Counted from the first letter of the stretch, positions 1-15,000 are shown. The stretch: DNA of 64,000 nucleotides from Phoronis australis (GCA_002633005.1 NMRA01000783.1:84004-148003), one strand, 5' to 3'. Numbers and translations are program-made. The notes: generated from the sequence alone by a model not told the origin.

Positions 1-25
1 CCTTTGTTGAGAGTTGGCAACGGAA

Positions 26-41
26 ATGGAGTCCAGTCAAG
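26..41 (+). CDS. dlg1: DLG1 candidate first coding exon (MESSQ-D)
   Basis: ATG at 26 follows an in-frame TGA (8-10). The exon ends CAAG|GTAAGG in phase 1, matching the L27 exon. It is analogous to the short MPVRKQ|D first exon of beta-type DLG1, but the true first exon could lie upstream of the window. Confidence 0.45.
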
Positions 42-3000
42 GTAAGGGATATTGCGAGACAGCCTAAAAGAATAAAAGGCCCAATTCTGTTTTCATTTTT
101 AAACAACTTTTTTAAAGGGCGTCAAGCAACTTTATTGTTTTTTACTTGAGATAAGACATTTTTCTTTAGAGACATTAACTTGTCTTGCTGCAGACACTAC
201 TAGTACCAATTTCATTTTTAAGAATATTTTGCAATCTAAGGACTATCTCGGACTGTTTTAGCAAATTATTTAGAAATGCAACATATTGCGATGATGTGAT
301 TATAAAAGTAGTCCTGGGCAAATGACCAAACAATGTCCGGAAAGCAGCGTGATGGGATTTTTGTAATAACACTATGTGAGCCCAAATGACACATGCCATC
401 AGTACAAAAGTCGTTTAGTTGCAGAATTTTTTGTTTTGACGTTTTTCAAATTATCTATGAATACCATTGGAGCTTGTTTAGCATAGGTCATGCTGAAGCA
501 GTATTGCAGTACAGTTGGCAGAGGAGAATGTAACCACGCCTATATTTTGAATAGTTTTGCATGATTCGACAAGAAAAACATTGAATCAAAACCGATTCCA
601 CAATGGTGGAATTGAGTATGGTCTCTCTAAAAATTTTAAATTCACATATATGAGGTGAAATCTCAGTTGCACGCAAATTTTCGTCTGGCATTGCCAGAAT
701 AATTTTAAAAATCTCATAAATGAGGTGAAATCATCTTGGCTATAAGTAAATCTTGGTCTGATAGCATGGGAAAAGGGGAAGTTTTACTTGTTATTCGTCA
801 GGGAAACGGAATATGTAGGTTTTGGTCTAGTCTTATTCTTAGAATTTTGTCTCCTGTCATACCTGCCTATTACATGATAAGCAGCTTTGACAGTTCTCAG
901 TGACAATGTAGAGACCCTGGTTTTCTGCTTTTTAAAACAAAGAAGTCCATCCTAGCAAAAATGGATTTCAATTTTTTTGTTTTGTGAACTATCAAATTCC
1001 GTTTTATTGTGTTAAAGTGATAAATAACGTGAAAATGATGTGGGCATTACCTTACTTTCTTCTCTGAATTATGCTGCAGCTCCATTTTACCAATCAATGA
1101 CTTGCTGCACGCCATGTTTATGGTTTCTCAAAACTGGAAAAGATCAGTGCCGCTGTCGGAAGGAATGAACGACAACTTAGTCATGTCTGCTCCAAAACAA
1201 TAATCGATCAAATTTGATGGATTATATTTCTAATTTTTGGTAATTAAATATGAGAGTTATGGTATCTACTACTGAAACATGGTAATTCCATTTGAAATCT
1301 CATTTTCCGTTATCAGGAAAAACTGGGGTATCTTCATAATAACAACAGGCTGAGGAATCGGATTTTAGTGCTGCTCAGTGCTTACCCAAGCTGCAGATTT
1401 TGTTTGTCCTTGGCCATTCCAAAATCAATGAATTTGAATTGTATTTGTCAATTTTTTATTAAAATTTTATCACAACACATGCAATTCTAAACACCAGAAG
1501 TGGTCTGTGAGCAATGAAGAGGTTGGTTGTCTAGTTTCACTTGGGGACTGTGCTTTGTTGTTAAAATGCAGTTGCATTTGAACTCCTTTTAAAAACTGCT
1601 GTTTGTGGTCTCATTGATGTCAATCAGATGTCAAAAATGCTGCAATTTATCATTTAGTCACTAATGAACTCTAATTTAGGTATAATTACACGTCTAATTC
1701 TTAAAGGCCTGGGAAATTTTCCTTTTATATGACAACTGGACATATAGTGTTTGATCCACATTTGTCTGCCGGTTGGTCAAGTTGGCATTTCATTTTTAGC
1801 GAGTCATCAGCGACGTTACGATGATGGGTAAAAAGTCCGTTGAAAAGACCTTAACGATTAATCTAGATACATTATGTTGTAGTTTCACTTAAATTAGTCA
1901 TATGAGTTAACATTCACAATGCATGTGTAGTAATTAACAAAAATGAGTAAATATTGAATGGACATGGAAATAGTGATCACAATCGTTTTTTAAGTCTGTT
2001 CTGCAAATCCGGTCTAGTAAGAACGGTTGAGCTTAGAAATTAAGTGCATAACCTGCTATGCCTTAAGGTTACTAGTATGTAGAACCCTAGACAAATGTCC
2101 AGCAGTCCAGATTTGGCTAACATCAGAGCCTCTCCATGTAGACTTGTCCATAAGGTTGACAGTCAATCTGTACAACCCAACTGGCACTGGATGAGTCAAT
2201 ACGACACTGTTCGCTCCTTCCCGTTTTCTAACTAGCTTGCTGTGACCTGAAATATTTATGTTAAATAGAATGTTTGTATTCGCTGTCTTTAAGTACCAGT
2301 GAAATCAGTGTACTAGTAGAATGCCCAGCATTCGGGCACAGAACCAAGCTATTTCCAGGCTAGTTTCTGCTCTATTTTGAATGTGAAAATTTCATAAGAT
2401 GATGAGCATGTCCATTCTAACCTGCCCTGTCCCGTTTTTGGCAATTCCAAAAATCACTGAACGGTGAAAGTTGCAACAAGTTTTATGAATGCAACTTTAG
2501 GATTCAAATTCAAAGTTCTTGTTTTTGGCATTGAAAATTGCCGAAGCAGATACATAGGGACTCGTACAATTTTGATTTATATATCTGAGACGAAGCATTT
2601 CATTGACGACCATTTGGGAGTTCCTGTTGCTGTGTAGTTACGTTAAAACGTCCCCAGTTGAAGATGCAGTGTGAGGGACTTGAGAATTTGTTTTTGGGTA
2701 AAAGATAAACGTGGTGTACCTGATGAATATTGTATTTATTCGAAATTCCATACCATAGCTAGCATGAGATAATGTTTTGAAAATATATGGACATTCTCAA
2801 CTGCAACGTAAAATGATCAGTTTTGGTATTTCTTTTTCTACGAATTTGGCGAGATTACCATAATTGGGTTCCGAGGCTTTTTGTGTAGACCGTGACTTGA
2901 TTATGGCGACATATCTGTTGGTGTTACCATGCCATAGATAGTTGTCTGGGGCAGTTATCACTGATTGCTGTCTCACTGAACTCTAGGTAAGGCAACTTTT

Positions 3001-6000
3001 TATGTGGCTAGATAATGGATGCCTGTAGTGGTAGTGATAGTGTCTATTTGAAAAATAATTAAATAATAGAACCACAACACTGTCGTTATTGACAGCAACA
3101 TCTGCCGATGACATCGAAGTTAACCGTCTACTGCTTCAACACTCGGCTGTTAAGACAATGTTTCTTTTTGCATGAGGATCTTATTTGTTTTTCACAAAAA
3201 ATCAAAATATGCATGAATCGAAAGGAGAATATACAAAACAGTAAGAGTGTTTTTGAGATCTCATTTTGAAAATCTATATCAAATGAAATCTAGTCTCATC
3301 ATGTCATTGACAGTGTTGTTTTGCTGTCAAAGATTGTACCTATCTCTTTTGCTAAATTATACTAAAAAGACATGACCACGTGACCAAGTTCATGGCAGAT
3401 ACGAAAATCAAATTTTACTGGCTAAATCTGTTTTCAGAAAACATATAATACGTAATTTTTTGAGCCCAAACCGAAGCTAATGGTCTATAATGAGCCAACT
3501 TCACCAAAACATCGAGGCGCCGGCATCGGCATGAAAGGCTCTCTAGTTCGTTGGTCTCATAGTGTTTTCTTCGTTTTCAAGATGCCCACCGTGCGTTGGA
3601 ACTGCTGGAAGAATATCACACCAAACTCAACCGACCACAGGACAAGCCCCTTCGCACTGCTATAGAACGAGTCATCCGAATTTTTAAAAGCAGGCTCTTC
3701 CAGGCCTTACTTGGTAAGTATTTCAACCTCTGAATTGCACAGCCTGTTTCAGGGACCTCCCTCCTGATAGCATCCATGTTCAAATGGTTGCATTTGGGGT
3801 ATCAATTGGACAAGAGACCCCTTATTTGTTCATTATCTGTATCAATGCTAACACTCATTGTTAAGCTGTCAGATGTTAAAAATAACAAAGTAGGCTATTC
3901 AAAGCCCCCTGTCTAAAAGTAAAGGTTTGAATCAGGTCAGTTGTGTGTAGGCTGAAGTTATGGTGTTCAATTCCATTTTGGCATTGGAATTTAACTTGGA
4001 AAAAGATGAAATTTCCACATTTTGATAGGCTGCTGGCACTTTTCTATGAAGACATTTCCGTAATTTCAAGCACATTATAATTTTATACATTAATTTTCTA
4101 CGTGAACTGGTGTCATCGAATTCATTGGCGTGGCCTTATATTTTTTTTAGCACATCTTGTGACTGAAGTTAAGTGCCATTAACTGTGCTGTCAGAATAAA
4201 CAAATGTTTTCTGATGCTGCTAGTCCACACCTAAATTCCAAGCTCTTCAAAACCTATTGTGCAATAGACCTAACCAGGCTGTGTACAATTTTTCATTTCA
4301 TTGGTATTCTGTTTTCACAGGATGCTACCCACAACAATTGGGCAGGTTTCTGCTTTCTGTCTAAGTGCTAATTGCTATTCACCGAGTTTGTTGGATAGTG
4401 GAATTTTGGGGCGTAAGATTTTAGCCTGTTTACAGATTACGGTAATTGCCAGCTAAAGAGATCTAGTGTAGTGTATACTAGTGATGATCTTATATGCAGT
4501 GGTAATGGTGTGGTATTCACTGTGGACAGTACATTAACGTGTTTTGTTTAATTAAAGTACTTATGCTTCTAATTAGTAGAGACAGTCAACCAATCAATCC
4601 TGTGTCCAGAAGTGCTGTGTATGACTAGGCCTTGGTTGTGGCTCCTGAATGTCAGTTTTTTAGCTGAAGTTATTTTAGTCCTTCACAATTTACTAGAGAT
4701 TAAAACTGCTGGATATAAAAGAGGCCACGCTCATGTTCTGTTTGAGTAGATGTAAAAGTTCTTCGAAACTGGGTCAATTTCTAACCTTGATGCACACACA
4801 CTGACACACAAGCTGTAAAGAGAGCTAGGTACTTGTTCAGACATACTCACTGCACTTTAAACTGTTGGGAACTGTTCTTATTAAGTGAGTACGCCATTTG
4901 TTTTGACCTATAGATGCATCCATATTGATTGATGGCGGCAAACGACTGCTAGTGCAGTTATCTTAATGTAAAAACGGTTAATTGCTCGTTAATAATTTTC
5001 TATCCATATTGACATGTCACTGTGGTCCTGGTGAGAAGGGAGCGTGTCTGCTTGTCAGTGCTGTATTCGTTTCAAAATAAAAAAAATTGTCATATGGTGA
5101 CTTCAGTGAGGGGCTTGGGTTTCAAGAGTGCCAGGCGAAGTCTGCTTTTTGCGTTTAAGAGTTGATGCAAGCTCCATGCAGCAAAGCATCCATGTGTTCT
5201 GTTGCTTTAAATGGACATCCTCGACGAGAAAGTAATTTTTGTAAGTTAGCAGTATCGTGGTTTCGAATGTACTGCCTCTGCAGTATCAACCAAACGCTCT
5301 ACCGCTTGAAGCCCAACCTCGTGTTAAAAAGCAAATTACACATGTTTAAATGGTAAAGACACCAGCCTCGATTTCAGTGAATATTTGGCAGACAACAGTG
5401 AGAATTGAAAGATTTGTAAAAAACAATGGGTTTTGTTGTTTTATAGCTCTGATCAAAGCTATTAGCTTTTAGAGGTGTAATTATTTAACAATAAACTCAA
5501 AAATGTGTTTTTTGATTGCAAAAATGGAAATATCCCTTTCAATGATGCTGACGTCTGTGTCTATCAGGGTCAGATTAGACACTCAGAGTTTGAGAAAACA
5601 AAATTGTACCGCAAACCAAGCAATCAAGGAAAAAACAGAAGTGAAACATTGCCTTTATTCTTGAGGCAATCTTTGCTTTTTGCTTCCCATTTTTTTCTTG
5701 TAGCGAAGATTCATCAATTTTGGCTGTAACATTATCGGCAAGGAGAAGGATTTTCTGAAATCACCCCCTGTACATATTCGAACCTGGAACCTTCGAGATC
5801 ACTTTGCTGATGAGCTAAGTCGCTCTCGCTTAATGACAGATTATTTTAAGCGTATTTAAGTGGTATTTAAAGTAAGTAGCAGAGACTGTTGAGGATTGCC
5901 GACAGATTTTATTGTTTTATGGCTCTGCTCAAAACTGATCTCTGCAAAACGTCTATCATATCCAAAAATAATCCCAAAATCCGTTTTTCAGATGTAGCAA

Positions 6001-9000
6001 CAATAATATTCCTTGGATATTCATTTGGAAAACAACAGGCTATGATGTACATATAAATAGTGTGACTTGGGTGACCATATCACTTGCTTGGTATACACAA
6101 ATATGCTTGGTTGCATCCATTTGAACATCCTCTAGATGGCGCCTAGGTCACACTCCAGTGTTAAATGCATCATTCTTTTCAGATATTCAAGAGTTCTATG
6201 AGATCACTCTCTTGGATGAGCAGAAGTCTACTCAACAGAAAACCCTAGAGACTCTGCAGATAGCCTCCAAGTGGGAACGACAAGCTCCTTTCACCAACAA
6301 TGCGACTGATGTAAGTCCCCCCTCTCCCTTCCCTCCTCTTTTCCCCTCTCTTCTTCCCCCCGCCCCCTTCTTCTCTCCCTCCCCCCTCTCCCTTACCCTC
6401 TCTTTCCTCACCCTCACCCTCTTTTTCCCCCTCCTTCCCTCCTGCTCTCTCCCTTGCCCCTCTCTGTTGATCCTTCCCCCCTTCCCCCGTCTCTCTCTGT
6501 CTCCTCTCTCTGCTGCCAGCTCACTAATATTGCATCAGTGTGTAATTGAACTTTGTATATGCTGTCTTGATCCATCTGTGTTCCATATCATCCCAGCTTT
6601 TTAATAGGTCTTGGCCAGAAACAGCTGTTCATAGGCTGCTCACTTTTGATAGTGTTACATTCCGTTTAATGTATAACAAAGTGTAAACATTGGTGTTGGT
6701 AAGCAACATTGGGTAGTTTTTTAGTGGACTCCTGCTGTAATTTGTGTTGCTGGCTGTTCGTTTTTTCCTCACCACTGAATGTTGAGCTCTTTTGAGTGTC
6801 AAAGCTGTATTTTCATCACATTATGTGTATGTTGGAAAGTGGTTGTTATGGAAAGTCAGTGTTAGATCTAGAACATTGACTAGGGTGCTGTTTTTTCTGG
6901 GAATATTGAAATATTGTACGGTAATTCTAAACTTGTCTGGTGTACAATATGGCCGACAAGTGAACTCCTATTGTGTCAAAATTTTCCACAAAAATAGGGG
7001 TTAAGAAAATTTTAGTTTATTACTTGCCTGGTTTGTATATTGTAGATGTTATAAAACTTGGTAAATTTCAATTATTTTCAGTAAAGTAGTCAACTTTTGA
7101 AGATGGAAAAAATGACAGCTTGGGCAATTATTTTTGTGTGAAATTAGCGAAGAACTACTATAATTATTCAGGAACCTCTCGCACATTTCAGTGGCTAATA
7201 CTGAGGAAATTTTATGTTTGTACTCAATTTTTGCCAATATGCTCTATTGCTGCCCCATTCGGGGGCTAGTTAAGTGTACAAGTCAGCTACCATCAGACAA
7301 TGTTTTGAAAACTGCTGGGCATTCACCATAATGGTAGAGCTGTCGAAAATGAGGTAAAGGCAAGTTATCCATGATTTTTGTCTAACATTGATGAGATTAC
7401 CATATATTGATTGGTTTTCGGGTAGAAATGGAGACAGTATGTTATCATTAAGCTATGCCAGGCACATTGTGGCCGTTTTTGGATGCATGCATTTTCAACA
7501 TCTGAAATGACTAAACTGGAATGAAAGTGCACCCACGGCGAGCTTTTTTTTCATTGATTTGCGTCTCATTTACGTCAGAAAATCCTGGTAAAACTTATGT
7601 CTTTATCTCTTGAATGAATTGTGATGGTACCTTATACATTGCAAAGTTGGGACAGCGTAACAACACGTGGGGCTGTTTTCAAAATAAACTAAACAGATTT
7701 TGACAGAACTCCGGCAAACTGCCTAACTTAGATACACTTATGTCGTTGAAATTTTGTTGCAATATATACCTTTTTTATCAAACTTTTATTGGACTTTTAT
7801 GTGACATTATTACGCATAGTCCCTAATTATTCATTTATTTACGAATGAACTTGTGCAGTGTGCTGTCAAGGTTTAGGCAACATGCATGCATCAAGACCTG
7901 TGAGTTTACATTTTGTTGAGATTTATGTTGGATTGAAATTGGTTTTAGTTGCATATTTATGCACTGAAACTTTATACGGAATTGCAAAGTTTTTCAGCTT
8001 ACCTTGAAAACTTCTGAAATAGCGTTATGTCAGTGCTTCATGCAACCATGCCCTGAAATGGAGTTAATACGAAGCAACACATCCTGTAATTGTGGCAGGG
8101 TTTCTGCAAAGCTTTCACGTCAGCAATTGTCACTTACATGGGCTCCGGATTTTGCCTATTATTCTGTATAGAAAACTGGTTCTAAAAATATGCGACCCCT
8201 GTAAGTGACTAGTACCTTCACTTCTACGGAACACGCCTGATGGTTGTTTCTGTACATCCACAGAAAGTTCAGTCGGAGGATGACTTGCCACCCCCTCCAC
8301 CAGAACTTGAACCTTCCCCAGTCATAGAGCAGGTCGAGCAACCAGTGCTGGCATCGAAATCACCTGAACAAGTAAGTGCAGGAGTATGTTGGTGTCACGG
8401 GATAGTTTATTCACTCTCGTGGGGCCGTAGGCTAGATTTCTCGACACAATAATGTTTTTCCCTAGACATTCCATCAACAAAAAATAATTAATCAGTCTTT
8501 TTTTCACTGAAAGTGTACATTATCTATCAATGTTTTAATATGTTTCCTACTTATCAGTGGTTTCTGGGTTTGGAAAGAGCTAACTGTTCGTTATTTGCTA
8601 GAGTTCATGTCAGCATTATACCGTGATCTGCTATGACTTGCCAACTGAGTAAAAAATTAGTTTATTGTTGGCAGGCAGGCTATAGCTGTCAAAAGTGAAC
8701 ACAAACTGGACCTAGTTATTGTTTCAATTTAGCACAGGACAACCTTGAATCACCTTTTAACCGGATGTAATTTCAAGATTAGATTAAATTACGTTGTTAC
8801 CATTGCTCAGTAAGCTTGATAAGTATTGGTGAAGGTTGATCAATAGTCTTCGAAATTTAATTATGCACTCGTTTTGTCTGTTAATAATCTAAACACTCAC
8901 CATTACAAATTCAAGATAAATCATTTTCATCATGTGTAATTATAAAGCTGGACGGAAATGAGTGTTTTCTGCTGTTTGTAGAAATTCTCTAGACTGCAAA

Positions 9001-12000
9001 CAGAACTCATTTACTGCTGCGTCTTTAAGTTACATTGCAGCCTTCTGTGGGGAAAATCGCAATGTTCCAATGTCGATTACTCACTCCGGATATGATGTGG
9101 TAAACATTTAATGCTGTAGTGTAATACAATTCAATGCAATGTAATATGTATGGGAATAATGTAATACAGTGTTGATACTATGTAATGTGATGTAACACAG
9201 GATGAGGAAAGTGATGACATGGATGGATGGGAAGAGGAAGAGATAGTGCTGGAGAGAGTAAGTACCAGCTTGTTTGAGGTTGGAGATTTTGAGAAATGGA
9301 AAATCTTGCCTGCCTGGTTAACACAAAATCAAGTTTTTAGAGCCGAGTAAGTAAAGCGACAGTCTTTGTTTTTGGTGGCTTTTTTAAGACTTTCATTTTG
9401 TTGGTTCATTGAGTCGCTCAACGCTAATTAGGTCAAACCAACATTGTCAAGTTTAAACTGGAATAAGTCGAGTTAATGGCAGTGATTCATTACGCTTAAT
9501 CAATCAATGGATTACAATGGAATCCATGATGTAATCATTTGTAATTGAGAATGCTAACTTGCAGTATTAAAAAATTCTACCCTAAAACGCGAGCCAAAAG
9601 ACCTGTTTTCAATGTTGATACTAAATGAGACTCTATTGGCATAAATGGGGTTCTTAAGGTCGAGTAACTTTTTGTTGCAGAAAAATTAAATTTTGTGTAT
9701 AATTCTTTGCACAGAAGTTGTTAGATAGTCCTCTCACGGCCTTTTCTTAAATACCCTTGAATGCACATGCAGTCAATCTTAAGCACCTTGATGTCTATGT
9801 CTACAGGGTGGTGCTGGCCTAGGGTTCAGCATTGCTGGCGGTACCGACAACCCGCACATCGAGGATGACCCCAGCATATTTATCACGAAGATTATACCTG
9901 GAGGTGCTGCCGCTGTTGATGGGAGACTGAGGTAACACTGGACTGTGTGTTATGACATGTTTTGCAAAAAATCTGAAAGTGTGTTTTTTGCGTTAAAAGG
10001 TGAAAGAGATGAAGTTGAAGACTTTCTTTAAATAATATATTGAGTGAGTGGTTGCGTTTCACTGGAAAATGGACTGTAAGACTTGGCTTGAACCCTACAG
10101 AACCATTTTTGAATCATTTATTGAAAGTTAAAACTCTTGAGATGACATGTCGGAATACGGAATATCACTCACACCCACACGCGCACACACACCCACCCAC
10201 TTACCCACACACACAATTGCACCATATCCCACCTATTAACTGCCCCAACTTTTATTTAAAGGTTAACATTACTTGTAATGGGTTGCAGGCTCTATTTTCC
10301 ACTGTAGATGTAGTTATCCCTTTTTGAACTTTATAAAACTTAAACATACTTTGTGGTGAAATTACTTAGCATTGGGAGTGGATAACTTTTGTCTTTAACC
10401 AGGTAGTCGTACTTAAGTAAACCTGCATCTACAAATGTATGAAAAATTTATTGGTCATCTTTGTCAGTGGAACTCGTTACAGTAACAGGACCACTTGTTT
10501 TCAGACTTAACCAAAACTGCCATCTTGAGGCATAACCTTGCATAAGGTCATCATGAGGCCTTGCAAACCTCAGGCAATTTCCCCCTGTGCAGTAACTGGG
10601 TAGCTCCATAACACCAGCTGAAGTGGGACAAAAATCCCTTGCAAAAGGCCCATTACACACTCGTTTTCTTTTCACTTTGATTAACATTTTGAGAGACCGT
10701 TCGACACTCTGTTATAGAATCAACGATATTATTGTGAGTGTGAACGGCGTGAATTGCATCAACGTCACCCACACGCAGTCCGTGGAGGCGCTAAAGAAGG
10801 CAGGCACCACCGTCCGTCTGCAAGTGAGGAGATCAAAGACACCGGGGGAAATTATTGAAGAAATTTTATTGGTTAAAGGCAGCAAAGGTATCGTGTGTGT
10901 TTAGTTACTAGTGTGTGATGAGAGGAGACATTTTGTTATAGCTTGAGACTAGCTTGTGTGTGAGCAGCAATCAAACGCAACTGTCACATAAAACAACTTT
11001 CGGTTTGACCACTTGCAGTTACGATATTTGTCTCAAAATATTCCTTTGGAGGTTTGACGGTTTTGAGACTGGGCGCTACAGGTTAACATGACACTGTGGA
11101 TCATTTTATGAACCAAGCATGGTCTCAGGGAACTACAAACTGTCAGTTCTTTGTATGTAAAGCCCACAAGTCACTGAGTGAAGAAAATTCTGAGACGCAT
11201 TTTTGGCAAGTGGTCTAATTCAAAAGTTTATAGGCGCTTTAAGCTGACAAACCTACTGGTCTTTTACAGCCTGGTTATTGTGTATGTTCCTAAAATAGAT
11301 GATCCTGGTGTAATTGTTATTGTTATTGATAATTGAATGTTTTGCAGGCCTTGGTTTCAGCATTGCCGGTGGTATTGGTAACCAACATATTCCAGGGGAT
11401 AACGGCATCTTTGTCACCAAAATAATTGAGGGCGGAGCTGCACATTCGAACGGCAGACTTGCTATTGGTGATCGTATCATCTCTGTAAGTTAAAAACGTA
11501 ATATTTGTCCATAACTAGACAGTGTCTTTTCTGTATGTTGAAATGTGTGCAGGTATTGTCATGAGATTGTCGTTTTTATCGCCACTCAAACATTTCTAAT
11601 ACAGATGTAGAACCTAAGGAAAATGTCATTATGGAAATTTCTTTTTTCTTTTGTTTTCAAGTGATTCCGTGAACTGATTGTGCCATCAGTTCAGAATTGG
11701 GAATTCTAATATTAAAAAACAGTGTGCTATCTTCAGAACTCTCTCTTGTGAGATATTGCCCAAATTCTGCACACTACTGAAGAACCTGAAGGAGTGGTGT
11801 CATGTTTTGAGCTGGGTCTGATTGTTGAGGGTTAGAGGTACTGGCAGTTGTGTAGTTTTGGGGTCTAAAGCATATGCGAGTGGTATTGAAAATAAATTTT
11901 CAGATTTTTCACCCATTTTGCACGTTGTAAGACCTTCAAAAGAATACATCTTTTGATTATGTTAACATCGCAAGTCACCTGTAAACAGTTCAAGAGGTCT

Positions 12001-15000
12001 CACGAATCCATAAAATGACAGAAAAGTCTTATGAAAAATGTTCATGGTCCCATGGAGCTTTCAAATGCAGGAATACATTTAATGAGTCACCTCGTATTTT
12101 TCTTTAAACTTCTGCTGAGGCTCAATTCCCATCAATCAGTTCAATGTGATTTGGTTTTATCCAAGCATGGTGAATCTTGACGTGATGTGAACCAAAGCTA
12201 GTGTGTTGTCTGGCAACGATCGGTCTTGTACACGTCCCTTTTGTAAGTTTTACTGTATGTTTTACAAATATCTTTTCTAGGTGAATGAGGAGAATGTTGA
12301 GAACATCACTCACGAACGAGCTGTTGACATCTTGAAGGCGACGGATGAACGTGTCCAGCTCGTGGTGGCCAAGCCGTCCTACAGCCAGCATGACGTGTCA
12401 ACTGAGGAACAGCCAGAAACACCAGCAAGTAGGTACCCGACATCACGAGCTTAACAGCATTTTCACTTGGGATGGGAGAGCTTGGGTGTCATCTTGACTG
12501 ACTGTCTTTTTGTGTAGTTCTGACGGAGTTCTAGGTTGTTTCCTTAAAAAACATTGTTTTGCATTATCTACAATTTTATCATGGGATAACTGTATTCATT
12601 CCATCTGAAATTACCTCTCCATAAGGAGTCCTTTCTAGGTTTCTCACTATGATATTTCTAATCAACATTAGTCAAGTCATATTTTTCTCCTATTACTATT
12701 TACAATCTCTTTAATTTACTCCCCGTGTGCATCTTCATTGGCATCGTGATTCATTTTTAAGTGCTGTTGTACCAGTCATTGTATATTTCAGGTGAGGAGA
12801 TCAATCAGGTTGATGGACCAGTTCCTACTATCGCTGATGAAGTCATGTCACGGTAAACAATGGCAATACAATCCCTCATTCTCTGAAGCTACTTACAGTA
12901 CATGCCTGAAGTATTCAGACACAATTCCTTGTCATGATGGCATGGCGCAAGCTGAATTCATCGTCAAAGTTGTCTTCCCTTGTGACGGAGAATGAAAGGG
13001 ATTAGTAAGGTCGCTTAGCCGTTCTGTATTTAAAATTGTGACGTTACGTACCAGTAATTTTGCCATTAACAGAAATAGCCGTCACGACAGGAAAACGTTG
13101 TCTGATTACTTTCGTCATACGCAAAATGTGCCGAAATCACAGGCATAACACTTCTCAAACAATTCACAAGTTCACTACTGAAACAAAGGGCTTGCCTTTA
13201 TTACCACATTGTGCTTTGATAAAAACCTACAGTGTTTTCATTGTTTAGCTGGAACTGTCGTGGTTTTTCGTAATTGGTTTTTATGCGCCCACTTGTTTAT
13301 ATGTGGGCGCATTATGCCGTCATCTCTGTCCATCCGTCCGTACGGGCGGCGTCTGTCCGGCGTCCGCTGCTCTATCTCCAAAACCCTTTGACATATGTTC
13401 ATAAAATTTGGCACATATGTTCCATTCATGAATGGGACGGCATGTGCGAACTTTCGGACGGATCCGACTACCGGTGTGCCCCCTAGTGGCAATTTTGTTT
13501 TTTACCCTTACCTTTGTATCTTCTAGTGGAAATTTAAGTATTTTACATTGCCCTCTGTATTTTCATAGGTCTTCAGATGTATACTTTGTGTTACTTCGTG
13601 ACTATGAAGGAAAAGTTCCAAGTAGAAATTAGTTTCTGGCATTCTAATGCTGTGCTAATCTTGTATGTTGGTAAATTTGTTTTTAATTCTATGTTTCTGT
13701 GGTGCTTTAAGCAACTGATGTATAGGATGTGCTTGCATTATGAAGATCACTCACATTTTGCCCCTTAGCCTATTGAGGAGACAATGACCATGCCTTTCCA
13801 TTTTACAAAGTACAACATACTACATATATGCCCTTTACTGGCCACTTTATGGTACCAATAAACAACCCTAGAAGGATACCGTATGCGGTGCAATTGTGGG
13901 CGAATTTCAATGCTCTGCATTGCTCTTGTTTAGCTTGCTTTAGTCCCCACAATAACCAAAGTTTTCAGATGTTATTAACATTTTGATCAAGAAATGTAAG
14001 TTGTACCTTACTGACAAATGGGTGTTTTTAGCCACTTGTTTAGAAAACTAGATTTCAGCTCATAAAAGTATTATATTTTCTATAAAAGTCGGAAGCCTGT
14101 CAATTTGTTTTTACTTTTTAACTATCGGATATTGGTTGGTTCACGTAACCATGTCTTTTGAGTAACATTTAGCAAAAAAGAAAGGTACATTGATAACAAA
14201 ACATCAGCGTCAATTACATCAACAAATTTTGCTTGATATAAATGTTAGTGATCAATTTTCAAAAATGCTGAGAATTGTCAATTTCGTATTTTGTAAAAGT
14301 CCTGTTTCTATAGTCCCACCAGCAAAAGTAGAAAATTTTAAGAACAAGTTCAAACATGGTTTTGGAAATAGGTGCAGAAAGGATAGTATTTGATAGTTTC
14401 ATGGGAATTTGATTTAGTCATTTCTGAGACACGATGTTGCGAAATTTGGACATTCTCTTAAGTTCCTTCATTAATTTCACAAAAGTGTTGTGCTTTGGCT
14501 AGACATAAATTAACCCCAAGCCTGTTCAAAGAATGGATGGTATTTACAATATATTGCTGGATACAAGAAAACGGATATTACACGTTAAAGTTTAATAACA
14601 AAATGCTTTAATAAGCATTGATTTTCTCTGCTATCAATGTAACTGTCCTCAGGATTTGAATGACCTGGCCACCAAGGCTGCACATTTATCTATTCTGCAA
14701 AATCAAAAGGCTTTAGCTCTGACAGATGTAAAAGCTTCTATTTTCTGAAAGCTTGATTTCCTTGTAGAATATTATTCATGACTTAACGCAAATTTGTTTA
14801 TCATTAGATCACTTGTCTGTGTCTTGTTCGTGAAGTTCCTAATTAAGGTGCACTTAATGGTATTAAAATGACCAAACTTCTTATGCTATCAAAATTCAAG
14901 ATACAATCGTCAAGGCAGTGTTACAGCTTCCAAAATGATTTTCATTTCATGCAACTTTTGACTTTTTCATAATTTAAAATGACAGGTAGTAATTAGGAGA

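Noticed and set aside
6158-6604. 148-aa ORF with a Pro/Leu/Ser-rich, hydrophobic-looking tail
   Set aside because: Only 6183-6310 is exon; the tail is read-through into the intronic C/T tract
7331-7353. Possible alternative DLG1 first exon (ATG...GAG|GTAAAG)
   Set aside because: The ATG frame ends in phase 2 but the next exon needs phase 0; the phase-0 frame has an upstream TGA and no ATG
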